A model generated the notes under the pieces. The model was not told the DNA's origin. It worked only from the letters and a program-made list of their open reading frames with translations, and did not search any database. From a virus (lineage: Duplodnaviria; Caudoviricetes), in the IMG/VR virus record IMGVR_UViG_3300021082_000035, positions 1 to 48,403 of that record: 48,403 nucleotides of DNA; one strand, 5' to 3'. A program made the position numbers and the translations under genes. Of this stretch, positions 17,794-25,700 are shown piece after piece (the stretch's first letter is position 1; each line of letters opens with the position of its first letter).

Positions 17794-18416
17794 TGACCGT
17801 CTGTGAGTTGGGGCGGTTCTTCGACTACTTGGTACTCGCCCTCGGTGACATTGAGCATGGGCGGGGCTTCGCTGCCACGTGAAAGCAGTACGCCGAGTTG
17901 CGTAATCAACTCACGGTCCTTCTTCTTCTCTTCGCGGCGGTCCAAGAGGTTCTGGGCAGCGAGGCCATCTTGGGTGGTGATGCGTAACTCACCGGCCTTT
18001 AGTTTCTCGACCGCAGCGGCCCGGACTAGGACAGCCATGTCGTCGGTGTCGGGCAAGGGCATTGGGGCCACTTCGCGCCGTTTCACCTCAGTCTCAGGGT
18101 TTCCCTCAATCGCCTCACTTGGGGATGTGGGCGGAGAAACCTCTGGGCGTGCCCCCTGAGACTTCCCCGCCCCCCTCTTCTGTGACCAGCGGGCGCTGGC
18201 CAGTTCGGACGCTGCGCTGCTGCGGCGCTCCACCTCTGCGGCGATGCAGATGTTGACGTGCTTGCGTATCGTCTCGCGCTTGACGTTGAACCCACGCTGA
18301 CGGCTAAGAGTCTCTATGCGCGAGTGAGGCGTTTTCTTCGACAACTCGGTGTTGATCCAGATGCGCCTGTTCTCATCCCCGTGACATATCCCGCACCTGT
18401 GTGTCGTAAGCGTCAT
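17790..18416 (-). CDS. Probable terminase small subunit
   Basis: Overlaps the terL start (ATGA); N-terminal CxxC..H metal-binding/HTH region; no SD but TAGACT 7 nt upstream (possibly leaderless). Confidence 0.6.
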   Translation of the reverse strand: MTLTTHRCGICHGDENRRIWINTELSKKTPHSRIETLSRQRGFNVKRETIRKHVNICIAAEVERRSSAASELASARWSQKRGAGKSQGARPEVSPPTSPSEAIEGNPETEVKRREVAPMPLPDTDDMAVLVRAAAVEKLKAGELRITTQDGLAAQNLLDRREEKKKDRELITQLGVLLSRGSEAPPMLNVTEGEYQVVEEPPQLTDGQ

Positions 18417-18431
18417 GGGGGTCAGTCTACG

Positions 18432-18638
18432 CTACGCGACCTCTCGAACGGTGGGGTTGTAGTACGGGCCACTGGGCGGCTCAATGGGATCACCCCAGTC
18501 GATGACCCTCAACTTGGGATGAGCGCGTTGCACCAGCGCACTGAAGAGCGTCACGGACACGGCCACCCATGCCCTGCCTTCGGGTGAGTCGTTTGGCTCT
18601 GGCTCGACTACTTCAGTCACTTCAGTCAGTGGACTCAT
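18432..18638 (-). CDS. Hypothetical protein
   Basis: ATGA-coupled to the upstream gene. Confidence 0.6.
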   Translation of the reverse strand: MSPLTEVTEVVEPEPNDSPEGRAWVAVSVTLFSALVQRAHPKLRVIDWGDPIEPPSGPYYNPTVREVA

Positions 18639-19018
18639 AGCCAGCGTACCTCGGTGCGGATGCCATTGGCCTTGGCCATCTCGACCATGCCCAGTGTGCC
18701 CTTTGACTGGTTGTCGGGGAATGCCAGCACTAGGTCGGGCTTGTAGTCCAGCATCTCCATGTTGCGAGCCATGCCCGCACCCTTGTGGTTACCCAACGAG
18801 CGGTAGTGGTCCCATTCGGCGGGGAATGACCACACATTCACACCCAAGACCTCGGCAGCAGCGTGAGCCATAGCGTCTACGCCTCTGGCTCCCCCGTGAA
18901 TGATGGTCAAAGGCTCTTCGTTCTGGGCGCAGGCAATCGCCAACTCGGCAAGTGCGGCGTATATGACCCCACGCTTGTGATCGCCCGCTCTGCGTGAGCC
19001 TGTGACGAGGACTCTCAT
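18635..19018 (-). CDS. SLOG-family (YspA-like/DUF2493) nucleotide-binding protein
   Basis: MRVLVTGSR, IIHGGARGVD, AGMARNMEM, LAFP..SKGT; likely start at ATG 19018. Confidence 0.85.
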   Translation of the reverse strand: MRVLVTGSRRAGDHKRGVIYAALAELAIACAQNEEPLTIIHGGARGVDAMAHAAAEVLGVNVWSFPAEWDHYRSLGNHKGAGMARNMEMLDYKPDLVLAFPDNQSKGTLGMVEMAKANGIRTEVRWL

Positions 19019-19182
19019 ACGTCCAGTGGTCGCTCTAGAACGTGCTCGCCACTGCGACACTCATCACAGACAAAGACCTCACCACGCATGACTGCTTCGA
19101 CCTCTAGGTCTTTGGTCTTGGTGCACCAGCACATCTCTTCGTCGCAGATGCAGAACTGGGTGATGGTGTCATCGACGTTCAC
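19015..19182 (-). CDS. 55-aa Cys-rich putative zinc-binding protein (not in ORF track)
   Basis: GGAG SD + GTG; MNVDDTITQFCICDEEMCWC...FVCDECRSGEHVLERPLDV; stop overlaps the next ATG. Confidence 0.65.
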   Translation of the reverse strand: MNVDDTITQFCICDEEMCWCTKTKDLEVEAVMRGEVFVCDECRSGEHVLERPLDV

Positions 19183-19387
19183 GTGTCATCTCCGCGAGCG
19201 TGCTTCTCACTATGTCATTTCGTCGGGCGACAGCGTTGACGTAGACGCGGGAGATTGCATACCTATCCGCGAGCATACGAGACGCACGACTGACGACTTT
19301 GCGCTGACGCCGAGTCCAAGTCGGTCGCTCATCACCGAGGACCGCCTGATTGCGTCGGACGTAGCGCGGGAACTGGGGGGCGGTCAC
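19169..19387 (-). CDS. Small basic protein, possible HTH
   Basis: LADRYAISRVYVNAVAR; ATGA-coupled. Confidence 0.55.
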   Translation of the reverse strand: MTAPQFPRYVRRNQAVLGDERPTWTRRQRKVVSRASRMLADRYAISRVYVNAVARRNDIVRSTLAEMTRERR

Positions 19388-19584
19388 TGGTCGTCCATCC
19401 GAACACCGGGCTGGTTAGAAGGGAGTTCGTCGGGCCTGCGTGGGCAGTTGTGCTTCTTGCCGTCTATCTCGTAGGGACGCCATTCACCGGGCTGGTAGAT
19501 GTTCTCGCCCATGATGATGACTGCCTCACAGTTACGACAGGTGGTGTGGTAGTGAGGTGCAGTGACTTTCTTTTGATCGTCCAT
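19384..19584 (-). CDS. Small zinc-ribbon-like protein, first gene of the leftward unit
   Basis: CRNC...HNC; SD AGGAG. Confidence 0.65.
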   Translation of the reverse strand: MDDQKKVTAPHYHTTCRNCEAVIIMGENIYQPGEWRPYEIDGKKHNCPRRPDELPSNQPGVRMDDQ

Positions 19585-19594
19585 GTGACTCCTA

Positions 19595-19752
19595 TAACTA
19601 AGTAGGGGAATGAATGAACCACTGGATGACTACTAAGACTGTACTGAAGTCCTAGTAATGGATGACTACTACGAGAGATGAACCCAAGAACTGTATGACT
19701 GAACTGTAACCAAGAACCTGTGTGAACCCAAGTAACTAAGAACAGGTGAACG
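19595..19752. repeat. A-rich, strand-biased short-repeat tract
   Basis: TGGATGACTACTA x2, TGAACCCAAG x2, GAACTGTA x2, TAACTAAG x2; eight GAAC on the + strand. Confidence 0.75.
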
Positions 19753-19779
19753 AATACTGAGTATATACCCCTCTGTCAA
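19751..19779 (-). promoter_or_regulatory. Candidate leftward promoter
   Basis: TTGACA-N17-TATTCG on the minus strand; perfect -35, imperfect -10. Confidence 0.45.
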
Positions 19780-19805
19780 GTCTATCGCTTCTCTTCCTGC
19801 CCGTC

Positions 19806-19819
19806 AGAACACCAGTTCT
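19806..19819. promoter_or_regulatory. LexA/SOS box
   Basis: AGAACACCAGTTCT matches GAAC-N4-GTTC. Confidence 0.65.
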
Positions 19820-20155
19820 TTATGTGAGGTCATTAAGTCCACAGGTTGCATTCCCTCCGGCGACGAAATGGTGCAAAAAGCCACGGGGGGATGGGGGTAT
19901 CCGTCGCTTAGAGTTCCACGCTCCGGGCGGGCATAAGTCGAGGCCATGTGCGTATGTATACGCATCCACGTGTGGGTAGCATACCCATGACCTCGAACCG
20001 AAAGGGACATACCCCCCCTCACCGTAAGGGGTGAGCAATCACCTCACTACGAAGTCCAACCTTTGCACTCTCCCTGTGTCATGCCCACGCACAAAGTCCC
20101 TTCGGTACTTTGTGACCTGTATGCGTCCGCACAGGCGGCCTCAGTGACTGACATT

Positions 20156-20169
20156 AGAACGTCCGTTCA
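20156..20169. promoter_or_regulatory. LexA/SOS box
   Basis: AGAACGTCCGTTCA, with the GAAC core 3 nt after CTGACA. Confidence 0.6.
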
Positions 20170-20194
20170 CCCTGATCCAGCCTCGCGCCTCACA

Positions 20195-20499
20195 GTTAAC
20201 CACCGAAGGGGGTTAACCGCGCGACCCTTCCCTTCTCTCCGCTTAACCATCTAGATGGTTAAGTCATGTGCGCGAACCCCATTCCTCTGCCCGCCCCTGA
20301 AGGGTCCCTGTGCGCGGGCGGGATGGGGCTGGAACCCCAGAGTCGGTCTGGTGGGGTGATTGTGGTGGGAGTCCGGCAGATGACCGGCAAGTGCCCAAAG
20401 GGCAAGAAAGGGTCATAGAAAATGGCCAAGGTCGCTTCCAGTGTTAACCACGATGTGGTTAACAACGCACAGGCAGATGCTAACCACACCGTGGTTAGC
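20195..20499. promoter_or_regulatory. Four related palindromes TAACC-N7-9-GGTTA
   Basis: 20195-20217, 20242-20263 (perfect 22-mer), 20442-20464, 20479-20499. Confidence 0.75.
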
Positions 20500-20514
20500 G
20501 CAAAGGAGGTTCCG

Positions 20515-21027
20515 ATGAACAAGTCAAACAAGCCACTTGGACCAAGGGCGCTGGCGCAGTTCTGCGTTCCAGCGGGAGTGACCAAGAGAGTGGTTGACAG
20601 TCCAGCGAGGCTCATTGACGAACTGGCTCCGGGGAACCCGGAGTACACGGGAAAGAGGTTCGTCGCTGTCATCACCGCCATCTACGATGGCGACGAGTGC
20701 CATCCGCTAGTGGCTTTCAGCCACTACTCGAAGGAGACGGTCATCCAGTGGCTAGACAGTGCGCTGGCCTACGGTGACGCACTGCTGACCAAAGGTCAGC
20801 GAGCGCAGGACACCGTGAGCGAAGGCACGGTCTACAAGGTTTCGCGGCGGGTCCTAAAGGACCCGGAGTTTCACTGGATTTTGCAGGATGCTTACTACCA
20901 CGCTCCCCTCTTTAGAGGGGAGAACCCAGACATGTTCACCTTCGGTGAACCAGTTTGGGGAGAGACAGTGGTGGCATCGGTCGGCGAGATTGGCAAGCCA
21001 ATCTACGAGCGCAGGGCAGCACGCTAG
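20515..21027 (+). CDS. Hypothetical protein, first gene of the rightward unit
   Basis: Strong SD AAGGAGG before ATG 20515; the ORF-track start at 20422 is probably too long. Confidence 0.7.
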   Translation: MNKSNKPLGPRALAQFCVPAGVTKRVVDSPARLIDELAPGNPEYTGKRFVAVITAIYDGDECHPLVAFSHYSKETVIQWLDSALAYGDALLTKGQRAQDTVSEGTVYKVSRRVLKDPEFHWILQDAYYHAPLFRGENPDMFTFGEPVWGETVVASVGEIGKPIYERRAAR

Positions 21028-21048
21028 CACAAGGCCAACACCGGACAC

Positions 21049-21075
21049 CCTCTCTCCCCGAAGGGGGGAGAGAGG
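21049..21075 (+). terminator. Hairpin after the first rightward gene
   Basis: cctctctcccc-gaagg-ggggagagagg; weak U-tract. Confidence 0.45.
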
Positions 21076-21199
21076 TCATTGAAGTCACCGAAAGGAGTCA
21101 CGAAAGCGAACAAGGCCTCGCACGCCGTCGGCGCGTGAAACAGCGCGCGTTCTCCCTGCGGTTTGCGTAGGGACCAAAAGGACAACAGGGTGCCAAGAG

Positions 21200-21227
21200 T
21201 GATATGATACAAGTGTTCTTTAGAACA
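21200..21227 (+). promoter_or_regulatory. Extended -10 promoter candidate with downstream palindrome
   Basis: TG-A-TATGAT followed by TGTTCT-TT-AGAACA, upstream of the AAA gene. Confidence 0.45.
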
Positions 21228-21294
21228 GCCGGAGCAACAGCCGGTCTGACCCCAAGCGAAGTGGCCCCAAGGGGCCAAGAAAGGGATTGCCACC

Positions 21295-22890
21295 GTGGCT
21301 AAACTCGCCACCCCACATCTTAACGATGTGGTTCCCACACTTACAGGGCTTCGCCCTGTTGCTGATCGGCTCACTGAGGTCGCCACGGTTGGCGCACCGC
21401 TTTCAGCCGTTCGCATAACCGTCGCTTCCGAGCAGGGCGCGGTGCAAGCCGTTCTGCTGCTGTCGGTCGGCGACGACAATGGAACCCCCTACTTCACTGA
21501 CTTGTCAGTGGCAGTGGCAAAGGGTTGCCAGCCGGAAGTGACCTCTCGCGTGAACCGCCTTGTGGCCGGTTTCACCGTCCACCGCGCAGGGTTCACTGCC
21601 TCGTCAATCCGGCCCATCAAGGTCGGTATGAACTGGCGCACCAAGCGCGTGTCGGTTACAAGTAACCGACGTGCGTATGACCTGCCAGTTCTGGCCAAGG
21701 TCAATGTCGGAGTCGGTTCGGCTCACATCCTCACGCGGTGGACTGTTCAGTCCACTCCCGTGGCGATGGACACCAACATTTCAGCCGGTTTCGCTCCACT
21801 CTCGAAGAGCAGCGCCCCCAAGCGCAGAACTGCCCGCCCCCGGACAGGCTCTTCGGTGACCCCAACAATCCGGCAGCAAGTGGCCCCTACGGGGCCAGTA
21901 GCAGGGTCAAGTGGCCCGATTGCTGCTCCCCCTGTGACCCCAAAGGGGTCACCCACTGTTCAGACCGCCATTCCCACACCGAAGGCAAAGCCTTCGGTGC
22001 TCCCAGCAACCCATCCCGGCATCTTCGCCGAGTTGGCCTCTAAGCCGTACGCAGTCCACACGGACCCTTCGGTCCAACGCCGACTCGCTGCGGCTTACAA
22101 CGGGTTTGCCAAGGGCAAACTGACCATCGTTGCTCTTCGTGGCCCCTCTGGGGCCGGTAAGACTCTCGCTGCAATGGACCTCGCGGTGACGAAGGGCTTG
22201 CCCTTCGCCAAGTTCGAGACTCAGGGCATGAGGGATTTCGGTGACTGGTACGGGACCGTAGGACTCACAGAGTCCAACGGCGCGTCAGTCACAGGCTTCA
22301 ATCCTTCGGATTTGACGGTGGCTATCGACGCCAACGGCATCTACGGCGGCATCCCTCGCCTCATCTTGATAGATGAGGTCACACGGGCCGACACAGCCGG
22401 TGCGCTCAATGCCCTTCTAGCCTTGCTAGATGGGCACGGAACGGTCTACATCCCTGATGCTCGAAAGAGCATCACTGTTGACCCGATGGTCATGTTTGTC
22501 CTCACCGCGAACATAGGCACGGGGTTCAACGGAACCCTCCCGCTCGACCGAGCAGTGAGCAACAGGGTCAAGTCTTGGGTCATGGTGGATTACCCCTCAC
22601 CTACGGTGGAAGCCCAGATCATCGCCGAACAGGGTGGAGTCCCTGCGGCAACAGCCGCGAAAGTCGCTCAGGTTGCCACGCAACTCAGGGCAATGGCCAA
22701 CCGGGGTGACCTTCCAGTCGGCCCTAGCACACGGCAACTTGTTGCCGTCGGTGAGGCGATCAGCAATGGCCTCACGCCAGTCGAAGCCTACGAAGTAGGT
22801 TTCGTCTACGAAGGTGGCATGTCCACCGAAGGTGACGGTGACTCCGACATCGACAAGGCCATGCTCACCATCAACGCAGCCCTTCGCTAA
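21295..22890 (+). CDS. MoxR/CbbQ/CobS-type AAA+ ATPase with long N-terminal extension
   Basis: Walker A GPSGAGKT, Walker B ILIDE, sensor TAN, LDRAVSNR, STRQL; Pro/Thr-rich linker. Confidence 0.88.
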   Translation: MAKLATPHLNDVVPTLTGLRPVADRLTEVATVGAPLSAVRITVASEQGAVQAVLLLSVGDDNGTPYFTDLSVAVAKGCQPEVTSRVNRLVAGFTVHRAGFTASSIRPIKVGMNWRTKRVSVTSNRRAYDLPVLAKVNVGVGSAHILTRWTVQSTPVAMDTNISAGFAPLSKSSAPKRRTARPRTGSSVTPTIRQQVAPTGPVAGSSGPIAAPPVTPKGSPTVQTAIPTPKAKPSVLPATHPGIFAELASKPYAVHTDPSVQRRLAAAYNGFAKGKLTIVALRGPSGAGKTLAAMDLAVTKGLPFAKFETQGMRDFGDWYGTVGLTESNGASVTGFNPSDLTVAIDANGIYGGIPRLILIDEVTRADTAGALNALLALLDGHGTVYIPDARKSITVDPMVMFVLTANIGTGFNGTLPLDRAVSNRVKSWVMVDYPSPTVEAQIIAEQGGVPAATAAKVAQVATQLRAMANRGDLPVGPSTRQLVAVGEAISNGLTPVEAYEVGFVYEGGMSTEGDGDSDIDKAMLTINAALR

Positions 22891-22917
22891 AGCGAAGAGA
22901 AAGGCAGGTAACACGAA

Positions 22918-25374
22918 GTGTTAAACGCAAAAGGGGTCACGGACCTAGCGGCACCGGCAAAGCCGGATGCCGACCCCGTGCCTTGGCTCACAGATATGTG
23001 GCGCAAGTCCGGTTGTTTCACAACCGACTTTGCCGCTGAACTTGCTGCCCTTGGCAGCAAGCGCGAGATTGTGGCTAGTCAGTCTTGGGACGCCGATCAA
23101 GCCAAGCAGCGCGTGACTGCGGAGGCTGCCTTCGGCAGTTCTGCGAGCGCACTGGCTGCTGTGGTCAACTCGGTGACCTCATCGGTTCAGGCCCTTCACG
23201 CAGATCACGACACTTACAGTGTCGTGTTCTCGAAGATCAGCAGTGCCGGGACCGATCACGATCACAGAACTGTGCAGATCGGCACGAGCGTACTGCTGAA
23301 CCCCAACCTCACCGAAGGTGAAAGGGCTGCCGGTCTGGTCGGCATTGCTCTCCACGAAACAGGCCACATCAACCATTCACAGCCCTACGGCAAAGCCGTT
23401 AGGGACCACTGGAAGGGTTCGCCGCTCTTGCCGAAGGCTTACAGCCTTCACAACGTCGGTGACGACAATCGCATCGAGGCTCTGCAACTCGAAGAGTTCC
23501 CTGCGCTCACCGCTGCCTTGGAGTGCACGGCGTACCTCATGTTCCAACAGGTCGTAGACCAGTTGGAAGAGCAGGGCAAAGTGGCCCCATTCCAGCCCGA
23601 CATGAAGTCTGCCAAAGGCAGGGAGAACGCACTGAAAATGGGTACAAGGTACCCATCGACCGTCGATTGGACTGGTCACGATGAAAGCCTTGCTTTCATC
23701 CGTGGGTGGGCCGAGAGCATGTCAGCAGCACACACTCCGAAGGAGCATGTGTCGCTGATCGAGGAAGCCTTGGAGTGGATTGCCGATCTGCCAGAGGCAG
23801 AAGAAGAGCCGCAGCCCACCGAAGGTGGCGACGAGGGCGAAGAGTCCGATGAGCCGCCCACCGAAGGTGGCGAGAAGGGTGAACCCAAAGAGGGCAATCC
23901 CGGTGACGCCGAAGGCGACGACGAGGACGGCGACGGTGGTGACGCCGAAGGCGACGACGAAGAGTCGGGCGCTGACGGTGACACCGAAGGTGACACCGAG
24001 GGCGAGGGTGAGGGCGAAGGCGAGGACGCTGACTCCGAACCCACGGATGACGGCGAAGCCGGTGAGGGTGAGGGCGAAGAGTCCAACGACACCGACACCG
24101 AAGGTGAGCCGAATGAGTCCGAGTCCGAAGGTGGCAGTGAGACTGACGCCGAAGGCGACGACGACGACAGTGAGGGCAATGACCTTGACATGCCGAAGGG
24201 TGACGCCAAAGGCGACACCGACGGTGATGCCGAGTCTGACAACCCCACTGACGCTGACAGTCCCACCGAAGGTGAGACTGCGCAGAGTGGTGACGTTGGC
24301 TCGGATGAGGTCACCGATGGTGACCTTGAACTGACCAACGAAATCCCCGAAATCCCCGATGAGATAACCGATGCGGCTCACGACAGTGAGAACGACTCAC
24401 TTGCCGATGACCTCACGGAAGCCCACGCTCGCGGCAAGCGTGACGTGAAGCGTATGCGGCGCTATCCCGGTGCCACTGGTGGCACCGTGATTGTGCAGGA
24501 AGTGACCCTAAAGGAACTACCGAAGGTAGAGGACAAGTGGCTCGATGAAATGTCACTCGGTAACTCCGTTACCGAGGACGAGAACAACGTCCAGCAGGCT
24601 GCCCTAAGAGGGCAGCAGTTGGACGATTACGGTGAGTTCTCCTACGACTGGCGCACCGAGGACCGACCCACTGCTCACGCTGCTTTAGCAGCGGTGATTA
24701 TGTCGGCTCGCAAGGGTGCCGGTGCCCCTGAGACACACCAGCGCAGTGGGCGAGTGGACCGTAGCCGACTCTCACGAGTCGCTACGGGTGACTCGCGTGT
24801 GTTCGTGAAGAACACCAACCCTGCTCCGCAGAAAGTTCGGGTTCACATAGTGATCGACGCTAGTGGCTCGATGGGTGGTGGCAATGGCTTCGACCGCCGA
24901 AGCAACGCGGCCCAAGTGGGCCGTGACCTCGCTGGTGCGCTTGACCGGCTGCCTTGGGCTACGGCCCGTGTCTACGGCTTCGCCGAGGACGACATCAACT
25001 TTGTGGCCCGTATCTGGCAGTCCGGTGAGAAGCGTGACCGGATTGACGACTACCTGCGCATGCCAAGTGGTGGTACACCACTCGGCTACTGCGTGGCCTA
25101 TGTCGCGGATGATCTTCTCGATGAGAAGATGCCGAACGAGAAGGGTGTCGTCATCGTCATCAGCGACGGCAACGGGTCATACAGTGGCGGCAATCAACAC
25201 ACCAAGGGTGTCGTTGATTACTACCGCAAGCAAGGGCTGCGAGTCGTGAGCGTTGCAATGGCGTCACTCGGCGAGGCCCAGCGTCAGATGTTCGGCAGTG
25301 ATGCCATTGAGTACGAACCAGACATGCGGAAGTTCGCCCGCAATCTGGCCAAGGTGATCGGCTCGTCCCTTTAG
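22918..25374 (+). CDS. CobT-like protein: HExxH zincin + acidic linker + VWA domain
   Basis: LHETGH..DDNRIE; about 200-aa D/E/G-rich linker; MIDAS motifs IDASGSM, GGTPL and ISDG. Confidence 0.88.
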   Translation: MLNAKGVTDLAAPAKPDADPVPWLTDMWRKSGCFTTDFAAELAALGSKREIVASQSWDADQAKQRVTAEAAFGSSASALAAVVNSVTSSVQALHADHDTYSVVFSKISSAGTDHDHRTVQIGTSVLLNPNLTEGERAAGLVGIALHETGHINHSQPYGKAVRDHWKGSPLLPKAYSLHNVGDDNRIEALQLEEFPALTAALECTAYLMFQQVVDQLEEQGKVAPFQPDMKSAKGRENALKMGTRYPSTVDWTGHDESLAFIRGWAESMSAAHTPKEHVSLIEEALEWIADLPEAEEEPQPTEGGDEGEESDEPPTEGGEKGEPKEGNPGDAEGDDEDGDGGDAEGDDEESGADGDTEGDTEGEGEGEGEDADSEPTDDGEAGEGEGEESNDTDTEGEPNESESEGGSETDAEGDDDDSEGNDLDMPKGDAKGDTDGDAESDNPTDADSPTEGETAQSGDVGSDEVTDGDLELTNEIPEIPDEITDAAHDSENDSLADDLTEAHARGKRDVKRMRRYPGATGGTVIVQEVTLKELPKVEDKWLDEMSLGNSVTEDENNVQQAALRGQQLDDYGEFSYDWRTEDRPTAHAALAAVIMSARKGAGAPETHQRSGRVDRSRLSRVATGDSRVFVKNTNPAPQKVRVHIVIDASGSMGGGNGFDRRSNAAQVGRDLAGALDRLPWATARVYGFAEDDINFVARIWQSGEKRDRIDDYLRMPSGGTPLGYCVAYVADDLLDEKMPNEKGVVIVISDGNGSYSGGNQHTKGVVDYYRKQGLRVVSVAMASLGEAQRQMFGSDAIEYEPDMRKFARNLAKVIGSSL

Positions 25375-25398
25375 GGACGGCCCAGAAAGGTGGATGAA

Positions 25399-25500
25399 AT
25401 GGAACAACTCGTACCCGTAGTGATCGCACTCAGCGTGAGCCTCGCGTTTATCGCGCTTCGGCTTCGCATGTGGAGAGACGAGCGAAGGGACGAACTGTGA
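25399..25500 (+). CDS. 33-aa single-TM peptide (not in ORF track)
   Basis: SD AAAGGTGG; MEQLVPVVIALSVSLAFIALRLRMWRDERRDEL. Confidence 0.6.
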   Translation: MEQLVPVVIALSVSLAFIALRLRMWRDERRDEL

Positions 25501-25592
25501 AAGGCAAGCGGTGCCCCATGTGTGGACGCACGTTCGCCCGTAGGTCTTGGCTGATGAAACATCTAGCCAAGAACAATCACATCCGGGTGTAG
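25497..25592 (+). CDS. 31-aa C2H2 zinc-finger microprotein (not in ORF track)
   Basis: GTGA overlap with the upstream stop; MKGKRCPMCGRTFARRSWLMKHLAKNNHIRV = C-x2-C-x3-F-x5-L-x2-H-x5-H. Confidence 0.75.
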   Translation: MKGKRCPMCGRTFARRSWLMKHLAKNNHIRV

Positions 25593-25627
25593 CCTAAGCC
25601 CGTCTAGACGGGCATCTGGACACGTTG

Positions 25628-25667
25628 ACCCCACTGCTGACCAACCTCGGCAGTGGGGTTTTTCTTT
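25628..25667 (+). terminator. Intrinsic terminator
   Basis: accccactgctga-ccaacc-tcggcagtggggt followed by TTTTCTTT. Confidence 0.85.
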
Positions 25668-25700
25668 GCCCTCACTCGCGCGTGTGTGTATGCGCAGGGG

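Noticed and set aside
19595-19752. CRISPR array
   Set aside because: Repeats are 8-13 nt, irregular and have no unique spacers of constant length; no cas genes.
20242-20263. Protelomerase hairpin-telomere site
   Set aside because: The palindrome is perfect, but there is no recognisable protelomerase or tyrosine recombinase, and it belongs to a four-member motif family.
19804-20681. Short ORFs in the control region and the 20422 start
   Set aside because: No SD or coupling, and they overlap palindromes and SOS boxes; the strong SD supports ATG 20515.
21079-21138. 19-aa ORF MKSPKGVTKANKASHAVGA
   Set aside because: TTG start, SD buried in a hairpin and too short to support.
23676-24381. Ser-rich and hydrophobic antisense ORFs (220 and 219 aa)
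   Set aside because: Shadows of the acidic repeat linker on the + strand.
21295-25374. Cobalamin biosynthesis cobS/cobT as metabolic genes
   Set aside because: Only the general MoxR/VWA architecture is shared; no cobN or other cob genes are present.
25582-25620. tRNA-like start (CGGGTGTAGCCTA)
   Set aside because: No T-loop GTTCRA or cloverleaf; it overlaps the end of the zinc-finger ORF.
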